From: Zygnema circumcarinatum SAG 698-1b
Taxonomy: Eukaryota > Plantae > Zygnematophyceae
Assembly: GCA_037447605.1 (NCBI GenBank)
Contig: CM074804.1
Span: 2,914,001-2,978,000 of the forward strand
Length of the DNA stretch: 64,000 bases
Direction of reading: 5' to 3'
The position numbers and the translations under genes are program-made. Below the pieces are notes generated by a model. The model worked only from the letters and a program-made list of their open reading frames with translations. It did no database searches and was not told the DNA's origin. Position 1 is the first letter of the stretch. Each line of letters starts with the position of its first letter. Positions 1 through 10,622 of the stretch are shown here, in pieces.

Positions 1-1
1 G

Positions 2-1516
2 GCTCTAGGAGTGATGGCGCTTTTGGCACTCAACGGGGAACCGACTCCGCCGCTATTGAATGTCGCCAAGTGGCCAAATTTAGGGTTTGGGAACCCTGGT
101 CTGGGGTGGGTGGGCGAGGGACGCTTCGTGAGGGAGGGAGTGGAGACTGCATGGGATGTGGTAGTGAAGGAGAGGCTTCGATTAGGATTGACTGATTCGA
201 ATAATTTATTTGATTCGAGCATTCTACGGGCGGAAAGCCTTCCATTGGAGACAGCAGCAAGCCCCCATTCTCGCCTTCTGTTCCCTCTGTTGGTGCTCCT
301 TATCAACGCCATGGCGGGAGTAAGTGCATTGGCAGATCTCGCTATAAACGTGGCAGTAGAGAGAGATTGGGTGGTGGTAGTGGCGAAGGAGGCGAGAGAC
401 GAGGGCATGCTCGTCAAAGTTAACTCCCAAATGCGGCGGATCGACCTCGTGTGTAAACTGATGGCGCCCTCGGCAGTGGGTCTTTTGATGAGTCTGGTCT
501 CTCCCTTCACCGCAACGTTAGTGCTAGCTTTATGGAATGTCGGGACTGCCTTTATTGAATACTACCTTTTGATGATTGCATACGAAGCTGTTCCAGCGCT
601 GGCCCGTAAGAATGGGGGGGCGGGAGACGCGCACTCTGGTGGAGTGAAGGGTGACCTGGAGACCTTCCTGCTCGCCGGCTCTCCCTCAGAGAGAGTGGGG
701 TTAGAAGGGGGAGAGAGGGAGAGAGAGGGGAGTAGCGGAAACGATATAAAGGGGAACAAGGAGGGAAGCTCCGACATAATAAATAATGGGGCGCAGAATG
801 GAGTTAAGGGATTGAAGAGAGGGGGGGCGACAGAGAGGGAGAGAGGGTGTTTCGGCTCTCTCTTAGAAAGAGCTCAGAAATTCGGCAACGGATGGAGCGT
901 GTACTGGAGGCAGGAGTCCCTCCTCCCCGCCATCTCTCTCGCCTGCCTCTACCTTACAGTCCTTAGCTTTGGAGCCCTAATGACTGCAGAGCTGAGCTGG
1001 CAGGGAGTCCCTTTCGTCATATTAGGGTCTGTGAGAGGAGTGGCGGCCCTCACAGGGATCGCGGGAACCCTACTTTACCCAATTTTGGAATCGCGGTTTT
1101 CGGCGGTAGTCTCAGGTTTATGGGCCACGTGGCTCCAATGGGTCTTCCTCCTCCTGTGTGTGGTGGGAGTCTTCTTCCAAGGGATGCTCTCCGCCTCTCT
1201 CCTCATGGTTGGAGTGATCCTCTCCCGTGTGGGCCTATGGATGTTCGATCTGTCGGTTGTCCAGATAGTGCAGATGTCGGTACCTGAGGGAGAGAGAGGG
1301 GTGGTGGGAGGGGTTCAGGGCTCCATACAACAAATTTTTAACATGTCGAGTTTTTTCCTGGCTATCGTGGTTTCCCGACCTGATGATTTTTGGATATTAG
1401 TTTTAATCTCCTTTGGCTTTGTGAGTATTGCGGCGCTCCTTTATACTGTTTATGCGCTTAGGAAGTTGGAGAGGTCGGGGGATTTGTCGACATGGAATGA
1501 AGGCGTTAGTGCTTAG
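2..1516 (+). CDS. FPN: Ferroportin/IREG (SLC40) metal exporter, copy A; 5'-truncated by the window edge
   Basis: Frame is open from base 2. Motifs LADLAINVAVERDWVVV, RRIDLVCKLMAP, TVLSFGALMT, SRVGLWMFDL and ERGVVGGVQ are typical of ferroportins. No stop until 1516. The N-terminal TMs (WGDRMWEF region) lie outside the window. Confidence 0.9.
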   Translation, partial: ALGVMALLALNGEPTPPLLNVAKWPNLGFGNPGLGWVGEGRFVREGVETAWDVVVKERLRLGLTDSNNLFDSSILRAESLPLETAASPHSRLLFPLLVLLINAMAGVSALADLAINVAVERDWVVVVAKEARDEGMLVKVNSQMRRIDLVCKLMAPSAVGLLMSLVSPFTATLVLALWNVGTAFIEYYLLMIAYEAVPALARKNGGAGDAHSGGVKGDLETFLLAGSPSERVGLEGGEREREGSSGNDIKGNKEGSSDIINNGAQNGVKGLKRGGATERERGCFGSLLERAQKFGNGWSVYWRQESLLPAISLACLYLTVLSFGALMTAELSWQGVPFVILGSVRGVAALTGIAGTLLYPILESRFSAVVSGLWATWLQWVFLLLCVVGVFFQGMLSASLLMVGVILSRVGLWMFDLSVVQIVQMSVPEGERGVVGGVQGSIQQIFNMSSFFLAIVVSRPDDFWILVLISFGFVSIAALLYTVYALRKLERSGDLSTWNEGVSA

Positions 1517-2218
1517 GGTAGGGTTTCAGAGCAATAACTGTTCTTATTCCCTTTAATATATTCAGTAGACAGAAAGAGGATGGGTGTAGGCAGAATGATA
1601 TACTCTTGCAACACTCGGACTTATATATGTCAAGAAAACCAAGAAGTCGGTTTTTTGGACCCATACAGAAATAAGCTTTGATTTGAAAAACCAGGTTCGC
1701 TGGTTTCTTTGTCCTTCCAATGTCCACACTTTTTGCTGCTTCTTGCTGCTGATACGTTGTTTTGCCGCAACTTTCAAAGACTGAGCCAGAGCTTCTACCT
1801 TTATTCTGCGGCACGGGATTCTCTGCTGATATCTAGTTTTAAGGCAGCATTTTTGAAGCTCTGCGAGAAAGCAAAGTACGTAAGATAGTTTAAAAAACGC
1901 CACCTTCGGTTTGCTGCTTTCCACCGTCCCACAAGTTTCTTTCGCCAATTCCTGGAAAAATAAACTCTGCCATTTCTTTTAGACCGAATGTGGCCTTGGT
2001 CTTGAGACCAAAACACAAAAAAAACTGCGAAAGCAATCCCCTCACACTCTCTCGTCCTCCTACAGCAGCTTCACTAATCCTAGCCATTCTAGATTACCTC
2101 GTGCAGCCCGAAAAGACGAGCACACGTGAAAAGTAGGTCCAACTATTTCAGAAAAATGATGCATGGGCTATATATAGCCACTCTTTCTACAAAATAACTG
2201 TATATTTTTCTACTTAAC

Positions 2219-4099
2219 TTACTGAGATTCCCTACACGTGCCCCCTTCCCCCTGGGGCCTACTCAGACCTCCAAAATGAAAGAGATGCCCTCTTATAACA
2301 TACACATGGAACGTGTAAAGAAGCGCTGCAATAGAAACCATCCCGAACGACAACACAACGAGAATCCAAAATTTTAAGGGATCAGATATCAACATGCCCC
2401 CTGCATAGCTCAACATGCTGAAACATTCCTGCAAGGAGCCCTGAACCCCTCCTACAACTCCTCGTTCCCTTTCTGCGACGGATTCCTGAATCAACTGAAT
2501 CGCTGCCAGATCAAACATCCAAAGCCCAACTCTTGAAAAAACAACCCCTCCCATCAGAAGCACGGAAGATGACCATCCCTGAAAGAAAACTCCCAGAACG
2601 CACCAAACTAAAAATGCCCATTGCAGCCAAACAGCCCAAAGGCCGCTCCGCAGAGTTCCAATTTCTGCCTGAAATCTTGGAAATGCAACGGTTCCTGCAA
2701 GCCCTGTAACGGCAGCCATCCCTCTCGCGACTCCGAGAAGAACGGGCGGCACTCCTTTCCATTTCAGTTCTGCTGTCATCAAGGCATCAAAACTTAGAAC
2801 AGTGAAGTACAACAAAGCCAGGGAAATCGCAGCCAATACTGTCTCCTGCGAAAGGTATATTTTCCAACCTCGAACGAAATCCTGGAAGCGGTTTGCAATT
2901 GCAAGCATAATTTTCTTCCCTGGCAATGAAACTTCATTGCATGTTTTGATAATGTCTCCCTTCTTGGGCTCAAATTTCTCCTCCTCTGAAGATTCGACCT
3001 GCAATGCTACAGCCTCCTCCAACAGAGCTCTGCCTTCTCCCTCAAATTCTTCGTTCCTCGACTGCTCCCTCCTGAGCTTGGACTCTTTTTGCAATTTTTC
3101 GTCTCCATTTTCCAGAATATCGTTTGCTGCATCGACTGATCTGACTGATCTGAATTGACCTTCCGAGGGCAGCATGATTTCCGATTCTCTAAGCGCCAAA
3201 GCAGGAAGCCACTCGTAAACCTTCATGAAAAGCCAGTACTCCAGAAAAGCCGACGAAGCATTCCATGTAGTAATAGCGATTGCTGCAGTAGTCGAAGATG
3301 TGGCGCTCATCAATAACCCAACCACAGCTGGAGCTATCAACTTACAGAAAAGATCAATCTGCCGCATCTTCGCATTAATCTTTGCTAACATTCCCTCCTC
3401 CTGCGACTGTTTCGCCACCACTACCACCCAATCTCTTTCAATTGCAACATTTCCAGCCAAGTCTGCAAGAGCACCTACGCCTGCTAAAATGTTTATGCCG
3501 GCTACAAGACTATAGAAGACAACACTTCCAAAAAATGTTCCGTTTGATCCGTTTCCAAGTAGAGACAGAAAGATTACTCCACATGCTGTCAAAAACACCG
3601 TGCTGTTTTGAACAAGTAAAGCGGCTGTCACAACCCTTTTCCTTGAAAGCGAGTCTACCAAATGTCCCACTGCCACTCCAAACACTGCAACTGATCCTGC
3701 TGAAATCAGGCCATACATTGCAACAAGAAATAAGGAATTCGGCCATGCATCCATGAAAAGTAATGCTAGTGCGAATTCCCACATTCGATCCCCCCAGCTT
3801 GCAAGGCCGTGGCCGATGTAAAGACTGTACAATACTGGGGAGGACATGTCGTTCGAGTCTCTCTTTTTTGGATCTTCAATCAGGAAAACTTGCTGCTCGA
3901 TTGTTTCCGAATCATCCAAGTGGCTTGTTGGCTTTCGGATTTCTGCATCCGTGGATGTAAATGTAGGCTGATTATTTGGGAAAACTGGATTTCGTATATC
4001 TGCAGGTGTGGAAGAGGAAGGATTTCCATCCTGGTCCTGTGTGACTGCGGTCAGTGGAAATAAAGCGTTAGTTGGTCCTATTGGGCGTACATCAGACAT
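2219..4099 (-). CDS. FPN: Ferroportin/IREG (SLC40), copy B; complete single-exon ORF, 626 aa
   Basis: Motifs SWGDRMWEF, GNVAIERDWVVV, TVLSFDALMT, GLWMFDLAAIQ and C-terminal YVIRGHLFHF (plant IREG-like). Convergent with copy A. Confidence 0.95.
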   Translation of the reverse strand: MSDVRPIGPTNALFPLTAVTQDQDGNPSSSTPADIRNPVFPNNQPTFTSTDAEIRKPTSHLDDSETIEQQVFLIEDPKKRDSNDMSSPVLYSLYIGHGLASWGDRMWEFALALLFMDAWPNSLFLVAMYGLISAGSVAVFGVAVGHLVDSLSRKRVVTAALLVQNSTVFLTACGVIFLSLLGNGSNGTFFGSVVFYSLVAGINILAGVGALADLAGNVAIERDWVVVVAKQSQEEGMLAKINAKMRQIDLFCKLIAPAVVGLLMSATSSTTAAIAITTWNASSAFLEYWLFMKVYEWLPALALRESEIMLPSEGQFRSVRSVDAANDILENGDEKLQKESKLRREQSRNEEFEGEGRALLEEAVALQVESSEEEKFEPKKGDIIKTCNEVSLPGKKIMLAIANRFQDFVRGWKIYLSQETVLAAISLALLYFTVLSFDALMTAELKWKGVPPVLLGVARGMAAVTGLAGTVAFPRFQAEIGTLRSGLWAVWLQWAFLVWCVLGVFFQGWSSSVLLMGGVVFSRVGLWMFDLAAIQLIQESVAERERGVVGGVQGSLQECFSMLSYAGGMLISDPLKFWILVVLSFGMVSIAALLYTFHVYVIRGHLFHFGGLSRPQGEGGTCRESQ

Positions 4100-4497
4100 C
4101 GCGAGAAGTATTAGAGAGAGAGGACAGGAAAGGAGAGAGAAAGAAAGAGAGAAAACTTCCTGTGAAACCAGGAAGCCGTTCAGGAGGAATCGAAGGGAAC
4201 AGAAGTGCGGACGGGAGGAAAAGGAGTGAGCGAAACAAAGCCGTCGAAGTAACTGAAAAGGTGCAACAGAGCAAAAAAAAAGAGTATAAAAGCGAGCGCG
4301 AGCGGGTGGACATCAGAGAAAAAAAATATGAGTGAGAAGGGACGAGGGATCCCTCAGAAAGTTCGAATCCTCCCTCGCTCTCTCCTTTCCCCCATCCTGC
4401 CTGACCTTTCCTGCCTCCCTCCTCCCTCCGGCGGCCGTTGCACTAGGGCCTGTCCTGTCCCGTCCACGAAACCGACGTCTGTTGCGAAGGGTGCGCC

Positions 4498-4507
4498 GCC
4501 ACGTGGC
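4498..4507. promoter_or_regulatory. Perfect palindromic G-box/ABRE (GCCACGTGGC) about 400 bp upstream of ferroportin B
   Basis: Exact motif seen. Function is inferred only; the same motif also occurs in nearby repeat DNA (about 5788). Confidence 0.3.
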
Positions 4508-4601
4508 AGTCGCACGCCGCACGGCCAGGCATCGTTAAATTAAGGAATTCTTGAAAAATCCCTAGAATAGTCAAAATAAAACTCAGAAATTCCCTATAAT
4601 A

Positions 4602-5179
4602 GGGCGTGTCAGACTTAATAAATTCTCGTAATACTAAAAACTCGATATTCGTAACATTTCGAGTCAACGTCAGTAAAACTAAAATTCTCGAGCGTAGTTT
4701 TTCGCACTCGTGGCGCGGTCCTGTTCGCACTCCGCGATCGCCGTCTTCGCACTTCTCCAAACGCCGTCTTCGCAACTTCGCCCTCGCGCGGGGCCCTCAG
4801 ACTTAGAAACAGCGCCGGCGCGGCGCGCGGAGACCGCTTGTCGTTGTGTCGTGTTGCGCGTCACGGGCGGGCGCGGCCGCGGGCGGGAAGCCGGGAAAAC
4901 AACCATGACGTCACGTTGACGCGATTTTCGCCAGTATTTTCTTCGCACGTCCATTTCGGCGCCTCTTTTGGGTGCGAACAAAATCGTGCGAAGAAGTGCC
5001 CTTTTTAGTAAACCCCACGGGTCAATCTTCGCAACGTTGACCCGTTGACTTAGCACAGTTGACTTCCGTTCGGTTCGGTTTAGGTTCGGGGGCGCGATGA
5101 TTTTTAGTACTTAGTAACCTCGATTCTCGTAATACTAAAAACTCGATATTCGTAACATTTTGTTAAGTCTGACACGCCC
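4602..5179. mobile_element. MITE, possibly PIF/Harbinger-like (PHIS)
   Basis: Perfect 17-bp TIR GGGCGTGTCAGACTTAA (4602-4618 / 5163-5179), flanked by TAATA on both sides (or an AAT TSD if the TIR is AGGG...). Internal 38-bp direct repeat at about 4622 and 5124. Confidence 0.8.
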
Positions 5180-5897
5180 TAATAAGGCCGCCCCTTCAAT
5201 ATGGCAAAAAGAAACCCGAAATGAGGCGTGCCTGACGTACGGATGAAACGAAATACTTTCTGCCTGCCCGCCTCGTTGGCTTGTTTCTTTCCAAGCCTGA
5301 AATGCCGCCAATGACGAAGAGCACATGTTTTGTGAAGTTGCAACAAGCCCATGAAAACACGTTTGGTCTCAAGGTCACTGCTCGGACTCAAAGACAGGCC
5401 TTGTGGCTGCTTGTGTGTGGCGTCTTGTTGGCGAAAATGTGGGGAGGGCAGCGCAGGGGTTTGGGGGAGGCCTTTAGAGAAACGAGAGTTGCATTTTCAA
5501 CTGTTCAGTTCTCGGACAGTGAGCCTTGCTTGGCTTGCGGCTGTGGAAACCATATTGAAGTTCCCCTCTGAGTCGATTCAACTCTACAAAAGAATCGAAT
5601 TTAGTCATTTTGTTGTGAATCACAACATGGGGTGAAAGAGAAGTGGCGGAGGAGTGTCCCTCTGATGCTTCATGCGTCGTTAAACGTCCCTCATCCTAAA
5701 ATGAAACTCAAAATTGTCCCTATAATAAGTAAAAATCGAAATTTTAGGGAATTCCCTGTTTTGAGGCGCCATATTTGCGCTGGTGCCGCCACGTGGCAGT
5801 GTCGGCACTCGCTCGCTGATGTGGCCGCGCCACGCTGGCACGAGCGCACGAGCGCCATCCCATCTCTGTACGGCAGGAGGCGGGCGGGCGTGCAGGC

Positions 5898-6331
5898 TAG
5901 GGTTGGGGGCACGGTCCCCCTCCGACCCGTGCCCAGGGGCACGTGCCCCCCCCCCCAAGGGGGGGGGGGGCATGCCCCTTTTTCGTGCCCCATGACGTGA
6001 CTGCATTGAGCAATTCAAATCGGCCCCAAAAAGAATATAATATTTTAAAATCGGTACGGATGAAGGTACGAAAAGTACAGATGAATGTACTAAACGTACG
6101 AATCAAGGTACAAATGTACGGAAAATATGAAAAGTACGGACAGTACTCAACACAACAATCGTCACCGGCCCGGGCCCGGTCGTACGAGGTAAGCGTCACG
6201 TGACAGGGGGCACGGGGGGGCACGAAATATATGGGGAAAATTTTTGGAGGCGTGCCCCGGGCACGGACGGTCAAAAATGGGGGGCATGCCCCCCCCCCGG
6301 GCATGCCCGTGCCCCCGTGCCCCCAACCCTA
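5898..6331. mobile_element. Non-autonomous hAT element (MITE)
   Basis: TIR TAGGGTTGGGGGCACGG / CCGTGCCCCCAACCCTA. Exact 8-bp TSD GTGCAGGC at 5890-5897 and 6332-6339. Confidence 0.9.
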
Positions 6332-7437
6332 GTGCAGGCACGTGCGCACGCGCGCCATCCCCAGGCCTCTCTACGGCCAATGTACGGCAGGCACACGCGT
6401 ACGGCGACGCGCATTGGCTCGGCCCTGGGCCGGTTTTTTCGGATGGAGGCCGCCCTCACAGTGGTCCACGTCAGACACGTGCACACGTGGCAGGCTCTGA
6501 CTGGCTGCGAGGCTTGGCGCGCATGAAGAGGTGCCCTCCAATGGGAACGCGCCAATGGTTGGCTCGCGGAGCCATGGCGGATGGGGCGGGCGGCGCGGGC
6601 CCGCCGCGGCCGAGTCGAGTCCTGGCCATGCGCCAGAGGGCGCGAGTGTCAATCAGTGGGGAAAAATCGAAATAACAATATAGGAAAGGAAAAGAAAAGA
6701 AAAGTCTACTTTCGAAACAAACCCTGAAATGACACCCTTGAAACCGTTTCAAGCTTGGCAAGCTCTCCACTAGGCATTGATTCCCAGGAAAGGCTCAGTA
6801 CTCGTTTCGTACGTTGGATTGCTAGTAGCTTTGCCATAGCGGGTGTTTACAATATGGTCAGAGCCATATACGGTTGTCCTTCCAAGACCACTATTTTCGC
6901 ACCTTCACTGTTTTCGCACCTTCATTCGTCCTGTTCTGTGCTACAGCACGCCAGTGCTGCATTCGCGAGAACAAGAGGTTGGGCGCTCAACTTTTGTGAG
7001 TGGCAGAGGACATCGTCTACTATGCCGCCTCGCTGGCACACACAGACCACCAACTTACAGCGAGCGGCGGCCACAGCATCGCCGAAGCCAACAGTGGCAA
7101 AGGAAACGGGTCATTCGATGTCCAACCATATACTACATACCGTATACCAAAACAAGTACCCTAATGACCACCCTCTGTATCACATCGAAAAAATCGCCAA
7201 CAAACATCGCTTGATTTTTATTTGTTTGCATCCCTCCTTAGTGATCATCCGAATAACACACTCTGCAGTACTCAGCCTACCCTGCAGCGATGACACAGGC
7301 CTGCTCCTGCCTATCTACACGCCTCCAACATAACAGCACACCTTAATGCCGTGATCTCATATACACTAATACAGAAAACTCGTTTCGACCACTGCTTCCC
7401 CAGGTCTTCTTTCCTCACTAAAGTTACGGAAAATCAA

Positions 7438-10270
7438 TCATCTTGAGCCGTATTCAGGGATGGGAAGGAAGGGAAACGGAGCCGCTGACATGAAGGCAAC
7501 AGGTGGCAGCGGATGATTTGATGGCAGCTGCCCTCTCCAGTCTATCCCTGCATGCTTAGCTCTCACCTCCCTTCCAGATCGCATTGTTTCCGAGCTCTCG
7601 TCCTCTCTCTCTTCTGCATTTTCCTTCAACTGCAGCGAAAGGCCGGGCTTCACCGAATGATCTTTTTTTAGGGTCAGAGATGAGAAATTAGGGTTTCTAT
7701 GTATGAGCATAGCCGTCATGAGTAACGGAAGGTAAAGTAGGCTGGAACGGAACAGGGTTCTGGCAGACTGAGAGGAGGGATTGCGGTAGAAGGCTATGGA
7801 AGCAGCAGTCATGGCGGCTGTCAAAGCGAGGTTCTCATACGCGAAAGCAGATGATGTGGTTCCCCCTGCAGAGACACAATTGGAATTACAATAATACATT
7901 AAAAAGGGTACAAATAGGGGAATTGAGACTACAAATCTTAGAAAGTGTTTCCTGCTATTGCATCAGCTGTCTCTGGGCAAGCATTGAAAGTTTAGGGTTG
8001 AATCTCACAGTGGACTGCAAGAAATCCAAGAGGGGCGAGGTAGAGGGAATTCCGCAGAGCTGCAGCCGCAGTTCTGCGTCCCGTTGCGTCAGCGAGAGAG
8101 AGCATTTTGTACCTGCTCCACTCCCACTCACACTCACACTCAGTCTACAATCTCTCCGACCTTCCTCTCTCTCCGTCTCTCACCCCCCATCACTATTCCC
8201 TCGCATTCCACAGGACTCCTTTCCCACTTCATCGCTTCTCCCACTGCTGGCCGCCCACATTCTGTTTCCACCCCCTTTCTCTTGGACGTCTTAGATTTTC
8301 ATAGCATTCAAAGTAACTTACCCTCCCGCTGCATAGTCTTTCCGGCAGAGCCAGGCAAGAGCCATAAAGTGCGGGATCTGCCAAAAAAAGAGAGCGCTCG
8401 CCAGAACATATGCTCCCGGATCGAGCTGACCTGCAGCTGCAGACCACCTGAGCACCAGATTCCAACATATCAGATGGAAAAAAAAATATTACTGTGGAAA
8501 AATTAACGGAGCAACTTTGTACAGGCAATCTTCATAGAGTGGCAAGAAGACTTTGTTCAAGTTGCGCACAAGATAGGCGAGCAAGCACTGCTCTGTAAGG
8601 GCACTGTATAGCACTCGCTAATGGGTGGAAGGAATTGATATCTTCTGGGATTATTTAGGGTTAAGAAGTTTGGAGTTTGTATTTCGAGGATTTAAATTTT
8701 AAGGTTTGCTTGTAGCTTACCCCATGAGAGGAGGGAGTGCCCCAACAAGGGCTCCAACCCATGTATTGACCGGGTGAAGCTGCTTGAGAGGAGTATACAC
8801 AAAAGCGTAGAGCCCGATGTTTGCAGCTCCCAATGCCGCAGTCAAATCATTGCTCTGCATTTTTCATTGTGTAAGGTAAACAGTACAATCCTAGAAATCC
8901 CTTTTTGAAAAAAGTTAACAGCTGCAGGGAAGCTTCAGGAATATATGCAACCAGGACTTTGGGTTTCCAAAACGGCTAGCTTTATCTATGAAAAAAATTC
9001 TTCAACATTTATAGCCTGCAAATGCATTCCACATGCATTCTTAAATATGTTAAACAAGATGAATACAGAGAAGAGTGGGGCCATGCACTGCTGCATTATT
9101 TTCCTACCTTGTAAGCCAGCAAGGAGATGCCGCATGCTCCGACAGAAATGGCCCAAACAAGTGCGTGCGATCTGCTCATGCGTCCTGATGGCAGTGGACG
9201 TTTCATGGTCCGTTTCATGGCAGCATCGTTTCGAATTTCGATAATCTGCGCTGCGAGGAAACGATACTACTACCACTGTAAGGCATCAAAAGATCAGAAC
9301 ATGCAGAAATCACTTGGCGCAATGCTCCAGAAAAGCTCGGATGTAGTGAAGACGAAAGCGATATTTTATTTTTCAAAACGAATAGCAGAGAGAGCAACAG
9401 TAGAGGACCTGATTTAAAGAGTTTGCTGAAGCTGCTGCCATCATGGTGCCAAGAGACGTCCATAGTAATCCGGCCATATCCACACTCGCAGGACTTCCCA
9501 AGACATAGCCTGTTGATGCAGTCGTGACAACCAATAGACTGCAAACATGCAAAAAATAACGCATCCAGTGTTTACAGCATCTTTACCATTTTCAGCAGCA
9601 CGTTACAAGGTCTGAAGGTTTTCAGATACGTCCTCTACAATCAAAATAAAAGGTTGGTGGATACACAATAAGTGACAGAAGTTGATACAGGAGCATCATT
9701 AATCATGCGTCCTCGAAAAGCTCCGAGAGCAAACGCTGTTTAAAAGGATAGCAATCTTTCCCATTTGCTTGGAACTGAATACAGTGAAAAGTTTCGAGAC
9801 TTTCATACATAAATAGGCAGCATATCTACAAAAAAGAAATTTGGAAAAGGCCCTGCAAAACCTAGAATCCCTAAAACATATGACAAGAGAAAAAATCAGC
9901 GTGCTTTTATTCACCTCAGCCGCGCCTTTGAAAGCTCGAAGTAGCACCCAAACTGCGCCTTTACTGCACTAAGGAGAGAAGGAAATGGGCGATTCCAAGC
10001 TGTGGCTCCATGAGCGCCTGCAGCGTTGATCAACGCAAGGCCATTCACTGCGCTAGTTGTTCCATCTGCAATGCTTCTTCCAAAATTTGCCGCTGCACCG
10101 CTAAACCCATACGTGCAAGGGATGCGCCTTCCATGATATGAAGAACCGATGAAAGTGTCCGTCGCATATGTGTTTTTTTCTAAGAATGCCGACCATAATT
10201 TAGGGTTTCCTGACTGCAGTGCGCTTGCAGCAGCACGGCAGCCTCTGCGAGCAAGCACGATTCCAGCCAT
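7438..10270 (-). CDS. COX10: Protoheme IX farnesyltransferase (heme O synthase), mitochondrial; 7 exons, about 471 aa
   Basis: Exons 10270-9915, 9538-9409, 9245-9108, 8854-8721, 8447-8322, 8112-8009 and 7865-7438; all GT-AG and phase-consistent. Motifs [57 protein letters not shown] and [14 protein letters not shown]. Confidence 0.95.
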
Positions 10271-10622
10271 CTTCGAGATACTAAGAACAAGATGCTATTG
10301 CCATTTGGAGCCCAATCTTCGCCCTTTTCTATCGCAGCAGGTGCATGCTGAGCGCAGAGACTATTCACATAAACTCGATATTTGAAGTGAGTCTGTCAGG
10401 AAGAGCGAGAACACAAGGCCACAATTCCCGATCCGCTTATACATTCATAATTGCAGCAAGCAAACCTCGTGCTGGTGTAGCAGCTGGTTTGCGCGGTGAA
10501 TTGTGAACCCTAATTTCTGTATCTGAGCAGCTTCGTCCGCCAGCGCCGCACTGGGATGCAAGCGCACGCGTGCGGCCGATCCCGCCGTACAGGACAGTAC
10601 GGACATCTCCGACTTCTTTGTA

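Noticed and set aside
4300-7333. Many overlapping GC-rich ORFs, including 6755-7333
   Set aside because: They overlap identified MITEs or stop-poor GC-rich DNA, with no recognisable protein motifs or splice structure.
2-10270. Iron/heme gene cluster (ferroportins plus COX10)
   Set aside because: COX10 is a single-copy housekeeping gene separated from the ferroportins by about 3 kb containing TEs; no evidence beyond proximity.
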